Shown here: positions 9,150-18,174 of the stretch, piece by piece | How positions within the stretch are numbered: position 1 is the first letter of the stretch | How the letters are laid out: every line of letters starts with the position of its first letter | Made by a program: the position numbers and the translations under genes | Notes under the pieces: model-generated | The model's database searches: none | Told to the model about the DNA's origin: nothing | Seen by the model: the letters and a program-made list of their open reading frames with translations, nothing else | Origin: Candidatus Woesearchaeota archaeon | Lineage (GTDB): Archaea; Nanobdellota; Nanobdellia; Pacearchaeales; GW2011-AR1 | Reading direction: 5' to 3' | DNA: 45,749 bases | Assembly (NCBI GenBank): GCA_964429545.1 | Contig: CAYSCL010000003.1 | Coordinates: 1-45,749, forward strand

Positions 9150-9889
9150 TGAAATTGAAATTGTTTTTTATTTTGGTTTTGTTATTTGTTTCTTTGATTA
9201 GTGCAAACACAAATATTGCATTATCAGATCAAGGAACTGGCGTTAGAGTTAAAGCTACTGGGGCAATAGTTTCATCTGGCGAAATAACAATTTCAATTTA
9301 TGATAATTTGACTGGAGGTAATTTGATTTATTCTGAAACTTTTAATAATGGAATTAGGAATGGTAGGTGGAATGTTATGTTGGGTGAAAATCCGAATTTT
9401 CCTTTGAGACTAATTTTTGGTAAAAAATATTTTAGGGATTATTCAATAAATGGGGTTGATATAGATTTTAGGGATTATTCTGGTGCCGTGGTTGAAAGAC
9501 AATTTTTTTATTCTCCTTTGGGAAGTTTGGCAGATAGTAAAATTGTTGGAACTACAAATTCTACACATTCTGGAAATATAAGTAATGGATCTTTGGTTGG
9601 TTATTCGGCAGCAAATAAAATTTGTAATGATGAATATCCTGGAAGTCATTTTTGTTTAAAATCTGAAATACTCTCTACAATTGCTGCAGGCGATTATAAT
9701 TATTCGGGATATCCTTGGTTCCAAAATGGCCCTCCTGGTTATACTGCTAATTCAAATGATTGTAATGGTTGGACAAGTTCTAGTGGAGATTATTTGGGAC
9801 CATTTTGGAATTGGGAATTGAATGCACAAGCGGGAGCTGCTTTTTTGACTCCATGTAGTCAAGTAAAAGATTTGATGTGTTGTGGTTAA
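9149..9889 (+). CDS. Exported protein with C-terminal endostatin/DUF1554-like (C-type-lectin-fold-like) 4-Cys domain
   Basis: TAATG overlap with the upstream gene and a signal peptide. The C-terminal pattern GYSAANKIC..GSHFCLKSEI ... NDCNGWTSSSG ... PCSQVKDLMCC resembles the Cys spacing of endostatin/DUF1554. This is from memory, not searched. Confidence 0.5.
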   Translation: MKLKLFFILVLLFVSLISANTNIALSDQGTGVRVKATGAIVSSGEITISIYDNLTGGNLIYSETFNNGIRNGRWNVMLGENPNFPLRLIFGKKYFRDYSINGVDIDFRDYSGAVVERQFFYSPLGSLADSKIVGTTNSTHSGNISNGSLVGYSAANKICNDEYPGSHFCLKSEILSTIAAGDYNYSGYPWFQNGPPGYTANSNDCNGWTSSSGDYLGPFWNWELNAQAGAAFLTPCSQVKDLMCCG

Positions 9890-9890
9890 A

Positions 9891-12800
9891 ATGATAAAAA
9901 AAATATTATTAATTTTTGGAATTGTTCTTCTTACTTTTAGTTTTGTTAGTTCTGCAACTCTTTTAGTTAATGATCCAGTTTCTTGTCCTAGTGCAGATGA
10001 CACTGTTTTTCCAGGTGTTTCTTGTGCACCGGATGACATTTGTGGTGATGATGGTGGTAGCCCCCTTTGTTTAGATACTTCTGCAATTTCTGTTCCTTCT
10101 CCTGCAACAACGACCTCTAATCCTGGCTTACCTAGTCCTGGTTTTGGAGTTGATTGTTATAATGTTGGTAGCTCATGTGCAAGTAATATTCTTTGTCAAA
10201 GAGATTCTGCTTGTTATAATGTTAATAGATTGACACAATGTACTGATTGGGGGGTTTCTCAATGTGAAAATTGTATTTCTGGATATACTTATTGTGATGG
10301 AAGTTTTACAGATGGGAATGGTTGTGAAATTGATATTGGAACAACTTCTTACCCAGGAGAATCTAGTGCAGTTTATGATGCAGTTTGTTCGCCACAGTGT
10401 TCCTCTGGTTATTTAGATTGTGATGCGGATTTGGGAACTTCTGGTACAGGTTGTGAAATTCAAATAGGAGTTACTTCATTTGGAACAGCGAATGCAGTTT
10501 ATTCTACTTGTACAACTGCGATATGTGAATCTGGTTGGATGGCTTGTGAAGGCGATACAGCAACAGCGGATGGATGTAATTATCAAATTAGTTCTTCTTG
10601 TACAACAGCGGATGGAAAGCCGGGAACTTGGCAATCTGGATGTTCTTGTCAGGAATTAGCTCAGGAAAATTTTGTTACAAATACTTTAGCAAAAGGTTGG
10701 GGAGATTATTTGTTATGGGGAGAGCAGTGGAATCCGAATGGTTGGTTAATGAATTTAACTACAATAAATGGTAATTCCATTGGAATTGATAATGAAAGTT
10801 GTATTGTTTTTTCTGATGGTAGTCGTCAATGTAACGGTTCTTATGTTTCAGGAGGGGTTTCTTCTGATTCTGTTAATTTTTCTAATTATACTAATTGGTG
10901 GGCAGGAGTTTCTGGTTGGTCAAATAATTGGTTTATACAAAATGGCGATAATTTGGATTTCAATTCAACTAGGTTGGATCAACTTTATGTTCAACAGGGA
11001 GGAGATAATATTACGGGAAGATACACTTTTGATGGTAGTTGGATTAATGGAGGAGTTAGTATAGATTCTGGAGATATTTTTGCTCAGAGATTGTATGTAT
11101 ATAATGTAACTTCTTTGGCCGTAAATAATCTCAATATTAATGGTAGCTTGATTCCTCAAGTAGGTTTTGATGATACTTTTGATATAGGTTCTCCAAGTTT
11201 AAGATGGTCCAATGGATATTTTGCAAATGATATTTATATTGGTGGAGAAAGTATAGAAACTAGATTAAGTGCAATGAATTATAATTTTTCAAATGGTTTG
11301 TCTGAAAATGGAGGAACTGTTGAGTTGGGAGGAGAAGTTTCAGGATATGAAATTCTGAATAATGCAACCAACAATTACTTACAAATAAATAATTATCAAG
11401 ATAAGGGCCATGCATTTTATTCAATAATTAGTGATTATTATGATGGGAGAATTGCTCAATTTGATATTCAGGATAGTTTAATTAATTTTCAAACTGAATT
11501 AAGTCCTAATGAAATAGCAACGATTCAGTTAGATGGGGGATCTTTGGGTTTAACTACAGAGAATTATTCTCTTGGTTTTTCTCCATCCAGCGGAGCCATT
11601 TTTCTAGATAAGAATAGTGTTACCTTAGGCATACAGTATTTTTCAGATTATTCATCAAATTATACTAATCGTTCATTGGTTGATAAGGAATATGTTGATT
11701 TGGCTGTTTCTACTTCGTTAGGAGGATTAGAATTTGTCCCATATACTGGTGCAACACAAAATGTTGATTTGGGATCAAATGCAATAATTGCAAAAAATTT
11801 TGATGTTTCAGATAATAATAATCTGAAGATTGGAGCTGATGCAGGATATCAGAATACAGGAAATTATATGACTGCAGTGGGTTTTAATGCAGGACGTTCA
11901 AATTCTGGATTGCATTTAACAGCTTATGGTCAAGCTGCTGGTTATTTAAATTCAGGAGATAATATTTTAGCTATAGGCTCAAATGCAGCTCAACAAAATC
12001 AAGGAGAATTTTCTTCATTTTTTGGGAGATATTCAGGTTATTTGAATCAAGGAAATGGTTCTGTGGGTATCGGTGAAGGTTCTTTAAGGAGTAATTCTGG
12101 AAACAATGTTATTGGTATCGGATATGAAGCTGGAAGAGATAACACTTTGTCTAATCAATTTATCGTTAGACAAAATAATGTTAATTCTGTCCCTTTAATT
12201 CAAGGCGATTTTGCAACAGGCCAAATTAATGCAACTGATTTTTGTACTTATTCAGGGAATTGTTTGAGTAATGTTAGTGGTGGAGAAGATACTTCTAATT
12301 TAGTTCCTTATACTGGCGCAACACAGGATGTTGATTTAGGAAATAGAATAATTAATTCTGGAAATATTTATACAAGCAACCTTTTTGCAGAAATTAATGC
12401 AGTTGTTTCTATTGGGTATAATGCAGGAAATAATAATCTTGGTTCATCTTCTACAATGGTGGGAGCCCTTTCTGGATTAAATAATAAAGGTATAGCTTTA
12501 ACAGCTTTTGGTCTTGATTCGGGTTCTGAGAATGAAGGGAATTGGTCTACTTTTATTGGGGCAACTGCAGGACAGTTCAACAAAGGAAATAGTGTGGTTG
12601 CTTTGGGTTATGATGTTGGAATTAATAATTTAGCAAATAATTCAATATACCTTGGAAATAATGTTGGGCAAGATAATTCTATAAGTAATAGATTGATGAT
12701 AGATATTGAAAATACTAGTATTCCCCTAATTGATGGAAGATTTGATGCAGATATTTTAACAATTAATGGTGATTTGAATGCGACAGGGGATATTTGTATT

Positions 12801-14717
12801 ACTGGGGGAAATTGTTTGAGTGATGTTAGCAGCAGCGGCGATACTTCTAATTTAGTTCCTTATACTGGTGCAACACAGGATGTTGATTTGGGAAATAATA
12901 ATTTTGAGGCAAATAATTTTTATACAAGTGAAAGCAATTTATCCGTATATGTTGGAAATTTAATCACTCCTTCTTTGGAATTTAATGGAGTTACTGCAGT
13001 TGGATATTGGGCGGGAGGAAGCAATACAGCTGGTTTGGTAACTGCAGTTGGAGCAACTGCAGGATTAAATAATCAGGGAGGGGGTTTGACTTCTTTGGGT
13101 TATGCTGCGGGATCTCAAAATACAGGAGAAAATGTTATTGCGGTTGGATCAAGGGCTGGACAATTCAATGATGGAAATAGTGGCGTTTTTGTTGGAACAG
13201 ATTCTGGATGGAATAGTTCTGGGCTTGGAGTTACGGCAATAGGGCACGAATCTGGATATTATAATAGTGAAAGATTACTAACTGCCGTTGGAACTCAAGC
13301 AGGATATGAAAATTCTGGAGATAGAGTTGATGTTTTTGGAGTTTCTGCAGGAGGAAATAACATTGGAGATTATGTGGTATCCATTGGTGCAAACTCAGGT
13401 ATTTTTAATGAAGGTAATAATTCTGTCTTTGTTGGAAGTCTTGCAGGCCAATCGAATTTAGGAAATGATAATGTATTTATTGGAGCATTTAGTGGTTCTT
13501 CCTTGGCGGGTAACTATAATATTGGAATTGGCTCTTATGCATATAATATAGTTTCTGGAAATTATAATATAGGTATAGGATATAGCGCACTAACCTCAAG
13601 TACGGGAAGTAGAAATATTGGAATTGGTGGGCAAGCACTTTATAATAACGGAGGAGACAATGTAACTGCAATTGGAGATAATGCAGGATATGAAAATGCT
13701 GGAACTGGAGATAGGAATGTTTTTATTGGAAATGGTGCAGGATATCAAAATACTGCTGGAGATATTGTTGCTATTGGTTATTTTGCAGGAAGAGGCAATT
13801 CTGGATATCAAAGCACTTTAATTGGAAATAATGTTGGTTATAATAGTGATGGTTATGGATTAACAGCTGTTGGTTATCAGTCAGCTTATAATAGTAGTTG
13901 GTCAGATAATTTGGTTGCAATTGGACATGATGCAGCTTATGGAAACTCTGGAACAACTACAACTGCTGTAGGATATTGGTCAGCAAGAGGAAATAAAGGT
14001 GATGCTTTTACAGGTTTAGGTTATTATGCAGGTTGGAACAATCAAGGTAATTCTAGTACTTTTGTTGGATCAAATGCTGGATTAGGAAATACAAGAAATG
14101 ATGTAACTTCTGTTGGTTATAATGCAGGATATAACAATATCGGTGTTGCTTTAACCTCTTTAGGAAATGAAGCAGGATATAGTCAAGAAGGAGACAATAA
14201 TATTTTTATTGGTAGTGAAACAGGATGGATAAATGAAGGAGACAATGTAATTGCAATAGGGGATGGAGCAGGCTATGGAAATGCAGGCAATGATTTAATT
14301 TTGATTGGTAATGGAGTGGTTAATCAGAATAATGTGGGAAATAATTCTATCTTTATTGGGCATGATTCAGGAGTTAATAGTGAAGTTGATAGGGTTTTAG
14401 CTATAGGTTGGGAAGTTGCATTAGATATGGAAGGAACAAATAATATAGCTATTGGGGATCGTTCTGGATGGTTTAGTCTTGCTAATGATTCTATTTATAT
14501 TGGCCCATATTCTGGAACAGGTAATACAATTAATGAAAGATTAATGATTGATAATATTGATACAAACACTCCCCTAATTGATGGAAGATTTGATGCAGAT
14601 ATTTTAACAATTAATGGTGATTTGAATGTTACTGGTAATTTAAATGTTACAGGCAACATATATTTAGCTGGATGTATTGTAATTGAAGGCAATCAAACGT
14701 TGGGAACTTGTGTTTAG
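9891..14717 (+). CDS. Giant (1,608 aa) exported modular protein: Cys-rich N-domain plus three G-x-x-A-G-x-x-N-x-G solenoid modules with tail-fibre-like junctions
   Basis: The ATG lies 2 nt after the upstream stop, followed by the signal peptide MIKKILLIFGIVLLTFSFVSSA. The Cys-rich region has repeated C.SGY..CD....G.GCEI.IG.TS units. Long arrays follow, e.g. AVGFNAGRSNSG/AYGQAAGYLNSG. The junction motifs VPYTGATQ(D/N)VDLG (x3) and PLIDGRFDADILTINGDLN (x2, plus one degenerate copy) recur. Confidence 0.8.
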   Translation: MIKKILLIFGIVLLTFSFVSSATLLVNDPVSCPSADDTVFPGVSCAPDDICGDDGGSPLCLDTSAISVPSPATTTSNPGLPSPGFGVDCYNVGSSCASNILCQRDSACYNVNRLTQCTDWGVSQCENCISGYTYCDGSFTDGNGCEIDIGTTSYPGESSAVYDAVCSPQCSSGYLDCDADLGTSGTGCEIQIGVTSFGTANAVYSTCTTAICESGWMACEGDTATADGCNYQISSSCTTADGKPGTWQSGCSCQELAQENFVTNTLAKGWGDYLLWGEQWNPNGWLMNLTTINGNSIGIDNESCIVFSDGSRQCNGSYVSGGVSSDSVNFSNYTNWWAGVSGWSNNWFIQNGDNLDFNSTRLDQLYVQQGGDNITGRYTFDGSWINGGVSIDSGDIFAQRLYVYNVTSLAVNNLNINGSLIPQVGFDDTFDIGSPSLRWSNGYFANDIYIGGESIETRLSAMNYNFSNGLSENGGTVELGGEVSGYEILNNATNNYLQINNYQDKGHAFYSIISDYYDGRIAQFDIQDSLINFQTELSPNEIATIQLDGGSLGLTTENYSLGFSPSSGAIFLDKNSVTLGIQYFSDYSSNYTNRSLVDKEYVDLAVSTSLGGLEFVPYTGATQNVDLGSNAIIAKNFDVSDNNNLKIGADAGYQNTGNYMTAVGFNAGRSNSGLHLTAYGQAAGYLNSGDNILAIGSNAAQQNQGEFSSFFGRYSGYLNQGNGSVGIGEGSLRSNSGNNVIGIGYEAGRDNTLSNQFIVRQNNVNSVPLIQGDFATGQINATDFCTYSGNCLSNVSGGEDTSNLVPYTGATQDVDLGNRIINSGNIYTSNLFAEINAVVSIGYNAGNNNLGSSSTMVGALSGLNNKGIALTAFGLDSGSENEGNWSTFIGATAGQFNKGNSVVALGYDVGINNLANNSIYLGNNVGQDNSISNRLMIDIENTSIPLIDGRFDADILTINGDLNATGDICITGGNCLSDVSSSGDTSNLVPYTGATQDVDLGNNNFEANNFYTSESNLSVYVGNLITPSLEFNGVTAVGYWAGGSNTAGLVTAVGATAGLNNQGGGLTSLGYAAGSQNTGENVIAVGSRAGQFNDGNSGVFVGTDSGWNSSGLGVTAIGHESGYYNSERLLTAVGTQAGYENSGDRVDVFGVSAGGNNIGDYVVSIGANSGIFNEGNNSVFVGSLAGQSNLGNDNVFIGAFSGSSLAGNYNIGIGSYAYNIVSGNYNIGIGYSALTSSTGSRNIGIGGQALYNNGGDNVTAIGDNAGYENAGTGDRNVFIGNGAGYQNTAGDIVAIGYFAGRGNSGYQSTLIGNNVGYNSDGYGLTAVGYQSAYNSSWSDNLVAIGHDAAYGNSGTTTTAVGYWSARGNKGDAFTGLGYYAGWNNQGNSSTFVGSNAGLGNTRNDVTSVGYNAGYNNIGVALTSLGNEAGYSQEGDNNIFIGSETGWINEGDNVIAIGDGAGYGNAGNDLILIGNGVVNQNNVGNNSIFIGHDSGVNSEVDRVLAIGWEVALDMEGTNNIAIGDRSGWFSLANDSIYIGPYSGTGNTINERLMIDNIDTNTPLIDGRFDADILTINGDLNVTGNLNVTGNIYLAGCIVIEGNQTLGTCV
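12288..12344 (+). repeat. Module-junction DNA repeat, copy 1 (encodes DTSNLVPYTGATQDVDLGN)
   Basis: 55 of 57 nt are identical to 12840..12896 by manual alignment. Confidence 0.85.
12722..12780 (+). repeat. Module-end DNA repeat, copy 1 (encodes PLIDGRFDADILTINGDLN)
   Basis: 59 nt are identical to 14570..14628 by manual comparison. Confidence 0.85.
12840..12896 (+). repeat. Module-junction DNA repeat, copy 2
   Basis: Partner of 12288..12344. The two differences are synonymous third positions (ggc/ggt, tta/ttg). Confidence 0.85.
14570..14628 (+). repeat. Module-end DNA repeat, copy 2
   Basis: Partner of 12722..12780. Confidence 0.85.
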
Positions 14718-14852
14718 GATAAAATAATTTTTTATTTATCATTTTAAATTTTCTTTTATGTTTTTTTCTAAATAATTATTAATAATAAAATATTGTAATT
14801 AATATTGTCTTTAACGTTGGAATATAATCGTTCGTAAAAAGATATAAAAAAG

Positions 14853-15506
14853 ATGGATGGAAACAATTTAATAATGCTTAATCTGGATTTGGATATTCCA
14901 AATCTATGGGAAAATAATTTAGTTCAGAATTTTCCAGATACAAAATTTATAATTAGGCATGCCAATGTTTATTCCGATAATTTTATTTCTGGTTTGTTGA
15001 AGCTTGAAAATGAAAATTTTCAAAGAATTAGAAGATTTATGAGAAAAAATTACCCCAAAATTTCTTTTGATGTTTTTCACAAAAACTCTAATTTATATTA
15101 TTATTTGGCTCCGGATAAATTAATACCAAAAATCATTAAAAATTCTCGGGCAATTTTAAGTTGGCCGGTTGAATTTCTTGAAAAAGATAAACGATTAAAA
15201 TTTATTTTGAGGGATATTGATATTGAAAAGGTTATGGAACCAATAGAAGAAGAAGGAATAGATATTACAAAGTTTTCTAAAATTAAAGTTGATTTTAATT
15301 TGGATGAAATTTTAACTCCTAAACAAAAAGAAATTTTGGAACCTTCATTGAAACATGGATATTATGAATTTCCAAAGAAAATTAATTTAAATGAATTATC
15401 TAGAAAAATAGGTGTTAGTCCAAGTACACTTTGTGTTCATTTACAAAAAATTGAAAGTAAGATTTTAAATTCCAATTATAGGGAACTATTTTTTAAAATA
15501 ATCTAA
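14853..15506 (+). CDS. Bat-type (HTH_10) transcriptional regulator
   Basis: The C-terminal LTPKQKEILEPSLKHGYYEFPKKINLNELSRKIGVSPSTLCVHLQKIESKIL matches the bacterio-opsin-activator HTH_10 consensus (LT.rQ.e.L..A...GY...PR...l.eLA..lgiS.st...HLR.ae.K). Confidence 0.7.
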   Translation: MDGNNLIMLNLDLDIPNLWENNLVQNFPDTKFIIRHANVYSDNFISGLLKLENENFQRIRRFMRKNYPKISFDVFHKNSNLYYYLAPDKLIPKIIKNSRAILSWPVEFLEKDKRLKFILRDIDIEKVMEPIEEEGIDITKFSKIKVDFNLDEILTPKQKEILEPSLKHGYYEFPKKINLNELSRKIGVSPSTLCVHLQKIESKILNSNYRELFFKII

Positions 15507-18078
15507 ATCTTTTAATAAAATTAAAAAGTTTTTGAAATAAGTTTAATATTTTTTGAAAGAAAGTTATTTTTGGTTCTCCTATTTCTATAGTTTTATTTGT
15601 TTGTTCTTCAAACAAATGCTTTATTGCAATTGTTTCATTTATTTCTTTCATAAAAATATCTGCTTTTTCATTTTCGATTGATAAAAGAATTATTTCTAAA
15701 TCATATGTTTTGTCATTGTCTAGATTTATCTTTCTTGATTGATATTGATATAGTATAATGTTTATTGGAGTGCTGTATATGGTTATGTTTGCTTTGTTTG
15801 TGTTTAGTGAATGCAATTTTAATTGATGGTTATTATTTTTTATTTTAAATGAAGTTATTGTATTTTGATCTATATTTTTTGTTGTACCTTCAATTATTTC
15901 TTGTCCTGTTATTTCTATTGTTTTTTGGATTGTTGAAGATGTTGGAGTAGAACTTGAACTTCCTCCGCCGTTGTTTTCAACTACTTCTGTATAAATTGTT
16001 AATTTGTAAGTTGCTGAGGTATTAGTGTTATTTGCTAAATCTGTGCAAGTGACATTCCAATGATAAATCCCGTTAGAAAGTGTTTGTGTAAAAGAAGAAT
16101 ATTTTTGGTTATTTATTGTAAGGTTACAATAATCTTTGTTTGATTCAGTTTGATTATATTGGAATGTATGTGTTTTTGTTTGAGTTCTTGTGTTGTTTGT
16201 TGGTGAAGTTAAATTTATTTTTGGTTTAGTTATATCATAGGTTATTGTATTGTTTTTTGTTTGATGTTGTTCTGAAAGGTTGTTTATTGCAAGGCAATTA
16301 TATTTGTAAGTTGTTTCATTAGTTAAATTGTAATTAAAAATTGAATAATTTAGATTTCCTGAAGTGTTTTTAGTTTCATTGTGAATAAGGGTGTTATTTT
16401 CATAGATGAACAAAGTCATATTAGATAATTCTTTTGTAGTTTCTGCTGAACAATTAAATTCTGTTTCATTTTGGTTTGTATATGTGTTGTTTTCTGGACT
16501 TATAATTTGTGTTTGAATTGGTGATGAAGTTAAAAAAAAAGTTTTTGTTTGTGCGTTTGAATTATTGTCTTTTGCTATACAGGACCAATTGTAAACTTGA
16601 TCTATTGTTGTGTTTATGTATGTTGTGAGTGAGGTTTGATTTGCTGATATGTTTTTTACAAGTGATGTTAAATTGTAAATTTCAATTGTTAAATTTGCAA
16701 ATTGTAATAAGTCAGTTGCATTGCAAGTGAAAGATTGATTTTGAGGTTCTCTTAATGAATTATTTGGTGGAGACATGTAGGTTATGTTTGGGGCTTGTTC
16801 GTCAGCGTAGAGGATTGTTTGATAAATTTGTATTTTTGAAAAGTTTTCATTTGTTTCACCCGTATCATTGATTGGTTTTCCAGCATTTATTAAAATGGTT
16901 TCGATTTCATTTGGAGTTAAAGTTTTATTTGATTCTAACTTTTTATATTGATTTAAGATTGCTATTGTCCCAGAAACGTGGGGAGTAGACATAGAGGTTC
17001 CCGATACATCACAGTAGTCTGTCCCCGTTCCACATTCAGATAATATGTTTCCAGAAGGATTTTGAATCATTGTCGAATTTATATTTGTTCCTGGTGCTGA
17101 AATAATGTCTAAAAAATTCTGGTGCCTAAATGCATAGGAAGCATATGATTCATCTTTATTTATTGCAGTAACCCTTATTGAATTTTCAATACATGCTGGA
17201 CTAGCTATTCCTGCTATTGGATTTGTATAAATTGTATTATCTGTATTTCCAGTTGCTGTTGCAACTGAGATGTTTTGATTAACTGCATTATTAATACTTG
17301 AAGATAAATAATCTCCATTACAATAGTTTGAATATTGGCCTCCTCCCAAACTCATAGATATTACAGAGATATTGTAATTTTCTTGATTATTTATACACCA
17401 TTGAATTCCTGCTTCTATGTCGTTATCCCAACAACCACTTGTGTTACAAACAGTAACTGAAGCAATTTTTGCTCCAGGTGCTACTCCTTTAATTGAGCCA
17501 TTTGCAGCCACAATTCCTGCAACATGGGTTCCATGTCCATTATTATCCCCTAAAGAACAATTTGAAAAACAATTTGCTCCGGAAATACAATCGATGTTAC
17601 ATGTTACATTCTGTCCTTGCAAATCAGGATGAGTAAAATCTACACCTGTGTCTAAAACGCATATTGTTTGGCCTTTCCCAGTTAAATTTTGGTTATTTAT
17701 TTGTATTTGTTGCGCCTCTGTTCCGTTAATTAAAGGAACCGATTCTTGAAGAAATAAATATTTTTTTTCAATAATTTCAACAGATTCAACTTCGAGATTA
17801 TTTTCCAATTCCATTATTTCTTCTTCTGTCAATGTTGCTGAAAATTTTCCCTCGAATTGATGTCTTATTTTTTCTTTAGGAATTATTTGCGTTTTAGTAG
17901 AAAACAATTCTTTTTGATTTTCTTCTTTGTATTTTATCATCACTCGAACAGATTCTGATTTTTCTAATTCATTTATTATTTTTTTATCTATTTTTGGATG
18001 TTTATCTTCGGTAGTCGAAATAAAAGTTATGGAAAAAATTATCAATAAAATAACTAAGTAATATATGCCTCTTTTCAT
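15493..18078 (-). CDS. Secreted subtilisin-like serine protease (S8) with propeptide and three Ig-like, sequon-dense C-terminal repeats
   Basis: Signal peptide and an I9-like propeptide. Catalytic triad contexts are VLDTGVD, HGTHVAGIV and SGTSMSTPHVSG. Three repeats of about 90 aa follow (P.I....P.N....F.C.A....N.T..IY...Y.W.C.A.D), then a GGGSSSSTPTSS linker. Confidence 0.9.
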   Translation of the reverse strand: MKRGIYYLVILLIIFSITFISTTEDKHPKIDKKIINELEKSESVRVMIKYKEENQKELFSTKTQIIPKEKIRHQFEGKFSATLTEEEIMELENNLEVESVEIIEKKYLFLQESVPLINGTEAQQIQINNQNLTGKGQTICVLDTGVDFTHPDLQGQNVTCNIDCISGANCFSNCSLGDNNGHGTHVAGIVAANGSIKGVAPGAKIASVTVCNTSGCWDNDIEAGIQWCINNQENYNISVISMSLGGGQYSNYCNGDYLSSSINNAVNQNISVATATGNTDNTIYTNPIAGIASPACIENSIRVTAINKDESYASYAFRHQNFLDIISAPGTNINSTMIQNPSGNILSECGTGTDYCDVSGTSMSTPHVSGTIAILNQYKKLESNKTLTPNEIETILINAGKPINDTGETNENFSKIQIYQTILYADEQAPNITYMSPPNNSLREPQNQSFTCNATDLLQFANLTIEIYNLTSLVKNISANQTSLTTYINTTIDQVYNWSCIAKDNNSNAQTKTFFLTSSPIQTQIISPENNTYTNQNETEFNCSAETTKELSNMTLFIYENNTLIHNETKNTSGNLNYSIFNYNLTNETTYKYNCLAINNLSEQHQTKNNTITYDITKPKINLTSPTNNTRTQTKTHTFQYNQTESNKDYCNLTINNQKYSSFTQTLSNGIYHWNVTCTDLANNTNTSATYKLTIYTEVVENNGGGSSSSTPTSSTIQKTIEITGQEIIEGTTKNIDQNTITSFKIKNNNHQLKLHSLNTNKANITIYSTPINIILYQYQSRKINLDNDKTYDLEIILLSIENEKADIFMKEINETIAIKHLFEEQTNKTIEIGEPKITFFQKILNLFQKLFNFIKRFRLF

Positions 18079-18174
18079 GATATATAGAATTATATTTGGT
18101 TCTTAAATTTTAGGGAGAATTGATTTGTTTTAGTTTTAGCAAAAATTTATAATTGGGGAATTGTATTTTAAATT

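Noticed and set aside
9149-9889. I considered a diversity-generating retroelement target, given a lectin-fold-like C-terminus in an organism type where DGRs are known.
   Set aside because: I found no reverse transcriptase ORF in the window and no template/variable repeat pair matching the 3' end of this gene by eye. This cannot be excluded outside the window.
10768-14692. Short ORFs lie on both strands inside the giant gene (e.g. 10768..11064, 12368..12583, 13489..13956, 14495..14692).
   Set aside because: They are embedded in a continuous 4.8-kb reading frame with coherent repeat structure, and they have no independent signals.
9891-14717. I considered reading the giant gene as a prophage tail fibre.
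   Set aside because: There are no capsid, portal, terminase, baseplate, integrase or att-like repeats in the flanks. The protein has a Sec-type signal peptide and sits in an operon of exported proteins.
16532-16540. An A9/T9 homopolymer inside the S8 protease gene, considered as a slipped-strand phase-variation site.
   Set aside because: Homopolymers of this length are expected in such AT-rich DNA, and there is no evidence of frame variation from a single sequence.
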